A DNA stretch of 64,000 bases from Candidatus Cloacimonadales bacterium (GTDB lineage Bacteria; Cloacimonadota; Cloacimonadia; Cloacimonadales; JAFGVF01): NCBI GenBank assembly GCA_963677495.2, contig CAXXOU010000001.1, forward strand, positions 1 to 64,000, read 5' to 3'. Position numbers and translations under genes: made by a program. Of this stretch, positions 56,431 through 64,000 are shown piece by piece (position 1 is the stretch's first letter; each line of letters opens with the position of its first letter). The notes beneath the pieces are model-generated. The model was not told where the DNA came from and ran no database searches. It was given only the letters and a program-made list of their open reading frames with translations.

Positions 56431-59223
56431 CTATTTCATCAAAACTGTCTTCACAGTTTTGACTGCATTACCGCTTTGTAGTTTAATAAAGTAGATTCCT
56501 GATGAACATTGGTTACCACTCTTATCAGAGCCGTTCCAAATAACTGTATGTTGTCCGCGGTTCAGGTCGTCATCTAACAGTGTATTCACGTTTTGTCCCC
56601 TTATATTATATATCTCAAGTTTAACTTTACTATTTTCATTAACAAAGAATCTTATATTAGTTACAGGATTAAACGGATTAGGATAATTATTTAACCGTAA
56701 CGGTTGATTGTATGTATGCACTTCTGCATTGTCAACTAAATCTTCACCAAAAGTCTCTACTAAGTGTGCTATAATAGTTCTACTATCATCTAAATAGTAG
56801 AGAGGAACTGATATAATAGATGTTGGTTGACTAATTCTTCCAACAGAAGTTCCCGAATACTGTCCTTGGTCAGTATCAGCAGCAAAATTAGTTTCCCATA
56901 CAATAGATCCGGTAGCATCAACCGGAGTATATGATTCAATCATAATTAGGTGACTGTCAAAGCTAGTCCAAACCAAGTTATCATCTAAAACTAAGGAAAC
57001 TGCTGCATCTTGATAATTGTAAGATATACCATTCAAGGCTGCAGTATTGCTGTAATCAACTGCAGTAATCCCAAACTGATTTAATATATCACCTTCCATG
57101 ATCTCGTAAGGATAACCCATGATTTCATTGAGCTGCGTAGCTACTTTGTAACCGGCAAGCATTATCTTACCACCTAGGTCTAGATATTGTTCAAAAACAT
57201 TATCTGCATCTTCTAACATATTGCCGGCTGAGATACTATTACAGAACCAGAAAACACTTGAATATCTACATAAATCTACCAGCTCAATATTTTCAATATC
57301 TTCAGTATCAATAAACTGATATGGAATTCCTTCAAAACTACTATTATAGAATTCATCACACTCTTCTCTTGTGGGTCTCATAAAACTACCATTACCGGAA
57401 AGAGTATCATCTATTACTAACAATCCCTCGGATAACGATATAGTTGCTCCTCTTAGAATCTCTGTTGGTTCACTTTCATTACCATCAATATCTACTGCTG
57501 TAACATAGTAGTTATAGATTACACCATCTTCGATTCCTAAGTCACTATAGAAATTGTCAGTAAGCGTAATAATATCAACTTCTGTCTGAACTTCCTGAGA
57601 TTTATATAAGTTGTAATGTGAGAAATCTATCTCTGAGTTCTCAGTCCACTGCAAGCTTATATCATCAACACTTAAACTTACCTCAAACTGTTCAGGTGTT
57701 CTTGGGACTTCCATTGGAGTAACATTTACCTCTGTGTAAAGACCCGGTTCTCCATCTTGCATGATTGAGATACCTACATAATATGTTTGACCCGGTGTTA
57801 ATCCGGAAAGAATATACTGTGTATCAGTTGTATCAAAGTAATCGCTATAGGAGTTTTCATAAGTCCCTACTCCTATACGATAGGTTGTTCCTACATCATA
57901 GCTATCCCAGTTCAACTGCACATCCGTACCAGTACCGCTATCAGTTGCAGTGAAATTATCAACATAAACCATGTACATATCAGCAAAAATAACCGATGCA
58001 ACACTAAGCTTAACCATCTCAGTGAAATATGGCAAGTTCATATTAGCAATTATATCATCCAAAGAATGGTAGTAGGGAGAGAATGTATGCTCCTGATTAA
58101 AAATAGAAGGGAAGCCATTTCTAGCAAAAGACCAACTATCTGAATAATGAGAATCCATTTGAGGGAATGGATTTGACTCAAGTGTAGTATACTGTCCTGC
58201 TAACATCTCTTCCATATATTTTAAGTATTCGAACCCACTATAAGCAATAAGATTCAACATCCAAGGTGAGTCTGTTGGTTGAGTTCCAACCATATCATTG
58301 TTGAGCATAAAAATAACGTCTTCATCATTAAAATACATCTCATTAGATATATCTTCACTACCGTGTAAGCCAAGTTCTTCTGCTTCATAAGTCATAAACA
58401 TCATTGTATATCGAGGTTGGTAACCACTTTCAAGAATAACTCTGGCAGTTTCTAAGGCTGCAAGGGTACCTGTTCCATTATCGTCAGAACCCGGTGCACC
58501 TAACATAGGGTCTCCCTGATTAACTATTGAGTCATGGTGTCCTCCAATTATAATGATCTTCTCAGGGCTAACAGTACCCGGTATCACCGCAATTACATTA
58601 GATTCAGGATGATTAAATACCGTGAAGTCAGATTCCCTGAACTGAGTTATGCCGTACTGAGTAAACTTATCCGTAAGCCAGTTCACAACTTCAAAACGAT
58701 TTGGATGAAGACAATATCTGGTTACAAAGTCTTCAAGATGTTGTAGATTTACTGTTAACGTATCCTGACTTACTAATGCCAGTGCATCATCAATAGCATT
58801 TCTGGAGTTAAAGACTTGATTTCTATCAAAGCTTCTCACCTCTTTGGGAAACACCATGGGGTAAAGCTTTTGTATTCTTCTATTTTGAGGAGATTTAATC
58901 TTACGAATAGCAGACTTAGAGACAATATTAGAATTGTTATGTGTAAAAAGTACTTCCAACTCTTCAAGCTCTCCCTCTACAAGAAAAAGCTCTTCACTGT
59001 TTCCTACTTTTAGCAACTTGTACTTGTAATCAAGCGAGTTAAGTTGTGATTTGTCAGTTTCATCAATTTCTGCCACCACAAACTCTTCATTTAACCAATA
59101 AACTTGGTCCAGTTTTCTTATAGTATTAAAGTCATCTTCAAATCGAGTGATTAAGACTAAATCTGATGCAAACAAAGCAATTGTGAATATATAGAGAGCT
59201 ATTACTAGTTTTATCTTTTTCAT
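56431..59223 (-). CDS. Secreted M28 family metallopeptidase with FN3 domains and C-terminal FlgD-Ig/T9SS-like sorting domain
   Basis: GGHHDS, GSDDNGTG, AEELGLHGS, NNDMVG, SDSWSF, YYHS; FN3 segments; NYPNPFNP...KTVLMK. Confidence 0.92.
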   Translation of the reverse strand: MKKIKLVIALYIFTIALFASDLVLITRFEDDFNTIRKLDQVYWLNEEFVVAEIDETDKSQLNSLDYKYKLLKVGNSEELFLVEGELEELEVLFTHNNSNIVSKSAIRKIKSPQNRRIQKLYPMVFPKEVRSFDRNQVFNSRNAIDDALALVSQDTLTVNLQHLEDFVTRYCLHPNRFEVVNWLTDKFTQYGITQFRESDFTVFNHPESNVIAVIPGTVSPEKIIIIGGHHDSIVNQGDPMLGAPGSDDNGTGTLAALETARVILESGYQPRYTMMFMTYEAEELGLHGSEDISNEMYFNDEDVIFMLNNDMVGTQPTDSPWMLNLIAYSGFEYLKYMEEMLAGQYTTLESNPFPQMDSHYSDSWSFARNGFPSIFNQEHTFSPYYHSLDDIIANMNLPYFTEMVKLSVASVIFADMYMVYVDNFTATDSGTGTDVQLNWDSYDVGTTYRIGVGTYENSYSDYFDTTDTQYILSGLTPGQTYYVGISIMQDGEPGLYTEVNVTPMEVPRTPEQFEVSLSVDDISLQWTENSEIDFSHYNLYKSQEVQTEVDIITLTDNFYSDLGIEDGVIYNYYVTAVDIDGNESEPTEILRGATISLSEGLLVIDDTLSGNGSFMRPTREECDEFYNSSFEGIPYQFIDTEDIENIELVDLCRYSSVFWFCNSISAGNMLEDADNVFEQYLDLGGKIMLAGYKVATQLNEIMGYPYEIMEGDILNQFGITAVDYSNTAALNGISYNYQDAAVSLVLDDNLVWTSFDSHLIMIESYTPVDATGSIVWETNFAADTDQGQYSGTSVGRISQPTSIISVPLYYLDDSRTIIAHLVETFGEDLVDNAEVHTYNQPLRLNNYPNPFNPVTNIRFFVNENSKVKLEIYNIRGQNVNTLLDDDLNRGQHTVIWNGSDKSGNQCSSGIYFIKLQSGNAVKTVKTVLMK

Positions 59224-59442
59224 TTTTATCTCCTCTTAACGACTGTAAATATGTAATCACATCAACTGCATGTCAATGAATAATTTCTAGTCCATTGGAT
59301 AAATGGGAATAGTTCTCAGACTTAAGAAAGATTTTTTATTGATACTATACAAGGAACAGTTTACTATCTTGATATAAACATTCATTCTGCATCAGTCTAC
59401 TTTCAGCTTGTCTTTATTCTTTCATGTTTCTATCATAATACA

Positions 59443-59546
59443 CGGGATTTCTCTGGGAGTTTGTAGTGACTATCTAGGGAATTTCTCGGGCAAAGCCCCG
59501 TGTGATTCCCGAGAGAGTCCCGAGAGATTCCCGAGTGTGTCCCGTG
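59443..59546. repeat. 11-bp-period palindromic array GGGA-like x5 / CCCG x5
   Basis: GGGA-like at 59444, 59455, 59466, 59477, 59488; CCCG at 59497, 59508, 59519, 59530, 59541. Confidence 0.85.
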
Positions 59547-59684
59547 TTTTGAATTGGAGCATAGAGAGTACAATGATATCGAAAGACTTACTAATACTTT
59601 CAATAAAGTTTGTTAAAGACTTGACATCGGGTATTATCTCTATACAAATTTTGTAGCTAAAAATGAGATTAAGGATATGCGTTT

Positions 59685-60326
59685 ATGTTAAACAAAGAGA
59701 AATACAACTTACCGGATATAGATTTACTTGAAACTAAGAAAGAGGGATTGAGTTTTATCGTCTGGCATCCAAACAGGACTTATGCTATTTTAGGAGCTTC
59801 GAATAAAGCAGAAAGTAGTTTCCATCTTGACGCCATCGGAAAAGATGAAGTAATCATCCAACATCGCCCAAGTGGTGGAGAATCTGTTCTTTTAACCCCT
59901 AATACATTGGTAATCTCCTTCAATATCCACACTAAAGAGAAGATTAATCCTAAGAAGTTCTTTATATACATAAACAGCACAATTATTAAAGCATTGGAGT
60001 CTCTAGGGTATACTGATTTGTCCGTTCGAGGAATCTCCGATATATGTTTAGGTCCAAAGAAAATCTTAGGTTGCTCGATTTACCGTAATGCCAATGGAAT
60101 ACTATATCAATCAGTTTTAAATGTCAGCGAAAACCCTACCCTTTTTAGTAAGTACTTAAAGCATCCGGAGCGAGAACCGGATTACAGAAAAGGACGCAAA
60201 CATGGTGAGTTTGTTACAACCTTGGCTTCTCAGCAGAGCGACTTGAATTCTACAATGTTAAGTGATAAGCTATCAAAGATAATCAAACATCTTGTAAATG
60301 AATTTGACATCACTTTGCTACGATAA
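59685..60326 (+). CDS. Lipoate-protein ligase A family protein (catalytic core only)
   Basis: RPSGGESV, GISDICLGPKKILGCS, HPEREPDYRKGRKHGEFV. Confidence 0.85.
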   Translation: MLNKEKYNLPDIDLLETKKEGLSFIVWHPNRTYAILGASNKAESSFHLDAIGKDEVIIQHRPSGGESVLLTPNTLVISFNIHTKEKINPKKFFIYINSTIIKALESLGYTDLSVRGISDICLGPKKILGCSIYRNANGILYQSVLNVSENPTLFSKYLKHPEREPDYRKGRKHGEFVTTLASQQSDLNSTMLSDKLSKIIKHLVNEFDITLLR

Positions 60327-60570
60327 AGGAGCCCAAAGTACACATTGTTATCAACTTGATTATTGTTTTTTCAAATAATCAATTGACATCTATGCAAAGA
60401 TGATTCTTGTTTTTGAATAAAGTTCATATATTTTATCTTGGATACTTTTTAGGAAAGAAAGTGTAAGCGAAGAACATCCTTGATCTTGCAGGATTACAAA
60501 AATACTGTCATAAATAAACGATACTACGAGTAGATAAAACTATCACCTAACGTTTACAGTGGAGGTATAT

Positions 60571-61215
60571 ATGGAATTACAACAATCCATAAACCGTTTT
60601 ATTAATTCCCTTCTAACCATGGATCGAATGAATGCTAAATCTATCCTCTCAGAGTTATCTGAAGACATTGGTCCACTTAAGATTACTTCAAAATTAATTG
60701 TCCCTGCTCTTGATGAGATTGGATTAGGATGGGAAAAAGGTAAATTATCGCTATCGCAGGTTTATATGGCCGGAAGAATTTGTGAACAACTCATTGATGG
60801 AATATTAAAACCTGAAAGCCCACTCAGAATTAAACAACCCAGAATTGGGATATGTGTCTTACAAGATCACCATATTTTGGGGAAAAGAGTTATTCAATCC
60901 GCACTAAGAGCGAGTGGGTATGATGTTATTGATCTTGGACATGGATTATCAATAATGGATATCATAAAGTTAACGCAAGAGAAAAAAATTCAGATATTGA
61001 TGATTTCTGTCCTAATGCTTCCATCTGCATTGCAAATCAAAGAGATAACAAATGCTTTGAAACCTGAGGGAGTAATCACTATAGTGGGTGGTGCTCCATT
61101 TAGGCTTGATGACAATCTGGTTAATGAAGTCGGAGCAGACTACACAGGTAACAATGCCGGTAAAGCAATCACTATAGTAAACAAAATTGTGGAGGAGTAT
61201 AATGGAAAAAATTAG
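60571..61215 (+). CDS. Corrinoid (B12)-binding protein of methyltransferase systems
   Basis: Cap domain PALDEIGLGWEKGKLSLSQV; DHHILGK (DxHxxG); SVLM; IVGGAPF. Confidence 0.93.
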   Translation: MELQQSINRFINSLLTMDRMNAKSILSELSEDIGPLKITSKLIVPALDEIGLGWEKGKLSLSQVYMAGRICEQLIDGILKPESPLRIKQPRIGICVLQDHHILGKRVIQSALRASGYDVIDLGHGLSIMDIIKLTQEKKIQILMISVLMLPSALQIKEITNALKPEGVITIVGGAPFRLDDNLVNEVGADYTGNNAGKAITIVNKIVEEYNGKN

Positions 61216-62239
61216 TTCAATGCAAAGAATCCTAACAGCTCTAACACATAAAGAAGGTGATAGAGTACCTTTCATTTTACCTTTAACATTGCATGGTGCA
61301 AAAGAGCTTGTAATGTCTATTAAAGAGTACTTCTCTTCAGCAGACAATGTGTATAAAGGTCAAATTATATTAAAAGAAAAATATGATCACGATGCATATA
61401 TTGGATTTCTACATGCACCCTTGGAGATAGCAGCCTTTGGAGGTGAAGTTATCTATGTAGAGGATGGACCCCCAAACTCAGGAGAACCGGTTATAAAATG
61501 TGCTAAAGATATTCTGACTCTTGAAGTTCCTGACGTGAAGAATAATAAACATACTAGATTAACTTTAGATACAATATCTAAACTAAAAGAGGTAGCAACC
61601 GATCAGACACCAATAATTGGTGTGGTTATGTCTCCATTCTCTTTACCTGTTATGCAGATGGGGTTCGATAAATATCTAGATTTAATCTATGAAGACAGAG
61701 AGCTTTTCTGGAAATTGATGGAGAAGAACCTTGATTTCGCAAAAAGTTGGGCTAATGCTCAAGTCGAAGCAGGAGCAGCTGCAATTGTCTATTTTGATCC
61801 TGTGTCTTCACCAACAATTATCCCAACTGAGTTATACAAAGAAACAGGTCTAAAGGTGGCACAGCAATTTGTACCCAAAGTAAATGCCGGAGTAGTCTCT
61901 CACTTTGCTTCCGGTAGTTGCCTTCCAATTCTCGATGATGTGATTGGCTATGGGAGTGCAGGAGTTGGAGTTAGTTCTAAAGAGGATTTAGAAGAACTGA
62001 AAAAACGTTCAACAGGTAAGATTACTTTACTTGGGAATTTAAATGCAATTGAAATGCGAAACTGGGATATTGAGACGACAAAAGAAAAAGTTAAAGAGAT
62101 AATAAATATAGCTGGTAAAAACGGTGGCCTAATTCTCATGGATAATCATGGTGAAATCCCTTGGCAAGTAAGTGATGAGATACTATTTGCTATCGCAGAT
62201 GCTGTTAAAACTTATGGGAAATACCCTTTAGGAGAGTGA
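61202..62239 (+). CDS. MtaA/CmuA-like methyltransferase (uroporphyrinogen decarboxylase superfamily)
   Basis: ALTHKEGDRVP, SPFSL, AQVEAGA, FDPVSS, LLGNL, DNHGEIP; overlaps the corrinoid gene. Confidence 0.88.
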   Translation: MEKISSMQRILTALTHKEGDRVPFILPLTLHGAKELVMSIKEYFSSADNVYKGQIILKEKYDHDAYIGFLHAPLEIAAFGGEVIYVEDGPPNSGEPVIKCAKDILTLEVPDVKNNKHTRLTLDTISKLKEVATDQTPIIGVVMSPFSLPVMQMGFDKYLDLIYEDRELFWKLMEKNLDFAKSWANAQVEAGAAAIVYFDPVSSPTIIPTELYKETGLKVAQQFVPKVNAGVVSHFASGSCLPILDDVIGYGSAGVGVSSKEDLEELKKRSTGKITLLGNLNAIEMRNWDIETTKEKVKEIINIAGKNGGLILMDNHGEIPWQVSDEILFAIADAVKTYGKYPLGE

Positions 62240-62240
62240 T

Positions 62241-63986
62241 TTGAGTAAGCTAACTTTTATTGCTTGTTCTAATATTATTCCGGAACTAAAGTATATTCTA
62301 GAACAGGAATCAATTTCGGATGTTGAAATTGTTAGTTCAGGTAATAACTGTAACATGCGTTATAAAGCAAAAGATATTGATAGAATCCTTGCAAATCATG
62401 GTATCTCCGACTATATGGATGCATTCATAATTGGAAGTGTTTGTATGGATAAAGAAACAATCTCAGAGCTACCAAATCTAAAGACGCATATTATGGAAAA
62501 CTGCTTTGAGCTTTTCATGAATAAACCTGTTTTGATTCATTACATCTCTAAAAGGTATTTTATAATCTCTCCGGGATGGTTGCAACAGTGTTGGGATCTC
62601 TTTAAACAATGGGGTTTTAATAAATCAGACATAAAGGATTTCTTTAAAGAATCAGCTGACAAAATGCTGTTTCTTAACACCGGAGTGATGGTTAATTATA
62701 TACAGGAATTGGATAAAGTTTCTGAATATATCGGTATAGGATATGAAATTCTTGAAGTAGGAATTGATTATCTCAAGAACTATATCATTAAGGTTATTGC
62801 TCAATGGCGTTCCGAAAAGGAAAACATCTACTTTAGGGATCAATTGGCAATGTTAACACAGCAATCAGCGAACTATGCATTGATTTTTGACCAGATTGAG
62901 ATGATTGCTTCATTATCTGTCGAAGAGGAGATTGTCAGCAGTGTTATGGATATCATGAATATCCTTTTTGCACCAACTGATATTCTCTACCTACCCTATT
63001 TTGATGGTAATCCCGGAGAGCTAATTTCATTCAAAGGATGCACAGATGATTATATAGGGCAAATTGAAGCTGTATCTAAATCTGATTTCTTAATGCCTGT
63101 TGTTTATTTAAACCAACAGATTGCAACATTTAAGTTCATTGGTGTTACCTTCCCGCAATATATTGAAAGATATAAAGAGTTAACAAAAGTACTGAACAAT
63201 GTTTGTTCATTAGGCATAGCTAATTCCAGAAAGTATCTTTCATTGATGGATAAAGAGAAAGAGATTAGAGAAGTTAATGCAGAATTAGTACAAACATTAA
63301 ACCAAAAAGATAAACTTCTTTCCGTGATTGCACATGATATGAGAGGTCCTATTAGTAACCTTATCAGCCTTTCAAGTATCATCTCTGATGCGCTGGATGA
63401 AAGAGACTGTCATACTTGTATTGATATGGTTCAACACCTAAGCTCTGAATCTGAACGAGCTAACCATCTTATAAAGGATCTTCTCGAATGGGGTGCTTCT
63501 CAAAGCGGAAGAATAGCATATAATCCATCTTACTGTAACTTCTCAAAAATAGAGAAAGAGGTTTTACGTTATGTCAATGAAGCACTGGAACAGAAAGGTA
63601 TCTCTTTTCAAGAAGAGATAGCTAGCGACTGTAAAGTATATGCTGATTGTAGGATGATAGTAGTAGTTTTGAGAAATCTAATCAGTAATTCTGTTAAGTT
63701 TACACCAAGTGGTGGTGAGATTGAACTAAAGATGGAAACTGTGGATGACAATTTCATACGGCTATCAGTAATTGATAATGGTATAGGAATGCCGGAAGCA
63801 ATACGCACACGATTATTCCAAGTAGGTGAGAATGTTTCAAGATCAGGGACGAACGGAGAAAACAGCACCGGTCTTGGACTACTTATTAGTAACGACTTTA
63901 TCAAAAAACATGAGAGTAGCATTGACGTAAAAAGTGAGGAAGGTAAAGGTACAGAGATGAGTTTCAAACTCAAATATAAGAGATAA
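62241..63986 (+). CDS. DUF1638-like domain fused to a histidine kinase (HisKA + HATPase)
   Basis: N-terminal Cys-containing IACS...NC...C...ENC...YFIISPGWL; IAHDMRGP, RNLISNSVKFT, DNGIG, GLGL; no TM. Confidence 0.88.
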   Translation: MSKLTFIACSNIIPELKYILEQESISDVEIVSSGNNCNMRYKAKDIDRILANHGISDYMDAFIIGSVCMDKETISELPNLKTHIMENCFELFMNKPVLIHYISKRYFIISPGWLQQCWDLFKQWGFNKSDIKDFFKESADKMLFLNTGVMVNYIQELDKVSEYIGIGYEILEVGIDYLKNYIIKVIAQWRSEKENIYFRDQLAMLTQQSANYALIFDQIEMIASLSVEEEIVSSVMDIMNILFAPTDILYLPYFDGNPGELISFKGCTDDYIGQIEAVSKSDFLMPVVYLNQQIATFKFIGVTFPQYIERYKELTKVLNNVCSLGIANSRKYLSLMDKEKEIREVNAELVQTLNQKDKLLSVIAHDMRGPISNLISLSSIISDALDERDCHTCIDMVQHLSSESERANHLIKDLLEWGASQSGRIAYNPSYCNFSKIEKEVLRYVNEALEQKGISFQEEIASDCKVYADCRMIVVVLRNLISNSVKFTPSGGEIELKMETVDDNFIRLSVIDNGIGMPEAIRTRLFQVGENVSRSGTNGENSTGLGLLISNDFIKKHESSIDVKSEEGKGTEMSFKLKYKR

Positions 63987-64000
63987 AAAGGGGTTTATGT

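Noticed and set aside
59408..59656. 82-aa ORF
   Set aside because: TTG start without an RBS; spans the 11-bp array; probably spurious.
60330..60570. Cobalamin riboswitch upstream of the corrinoid gene
   Set aside because: AT-rich; I could not find the conserved GGGAA...GCCCCCGC/B12-box elements.
1113..63973. Numerous antisense or alternate-frame ORFs in the track (e.g. 1113, 13228, 19854, 24732, 30163, 51514, 63608)
   Set aside because: Each overlaps a well-supported gene; they are shadow ORFs.

Overview
Bacterial chromosomal window, AT-rich and gene-dense, from an anaerobic diderm. Three proteins end in an NYPNPFNP...SG(V/I)Y...(M/L)K C-terminal domain, there is an LpxL-type acyltransferase, and promoters carry canonical TTGACA -35 boxes. 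Together these suggest an FCB-group lineage such as Cloacimonadota (inference only). Content: korD-korA-korB (korB frameshifted as given and running off the left edge), yjbQ, secreted FN3/CTD proteins, DUF362+TetR, two TetR-controlled RND/MFP/TolC efflux loci, trxA, rph, selA-selB, an extended feoAB cluster, yhaM-like+hutU, an AlgI-type MBOAT+SGNH pair, an ArsR-thioredoxin-CcdA-permease-ArsC operon, DUF2971, tldD/pmbA, a patatin, an M28 peptidase, an LplA-like protein, and a corrinoid protein-methyltransferase-DUF1638 histidine kinase cluster at the right end. I found no rRNA, tRNA, CRISPR array or transposase. Most notable observations: (1) at least six intergenic GC-rich arrays with an 11-bp period and locus-specific cores, four of them with inverted arms, and two sitting in inverted-repeat elements that carry paired DnaA-type boxes; (2) a feoAB operon preceded by a DtxR-like box and extended by a porin, a secreted protein and an FMN-binding protein; (3) a corrinoid/methyltransferase module tightly linked to a DUF1638 sensor kinase; (4) two RND pumps lacking the canonical TM4 aspartates. 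Family assignments come from motif recognition by eye, not database searches.
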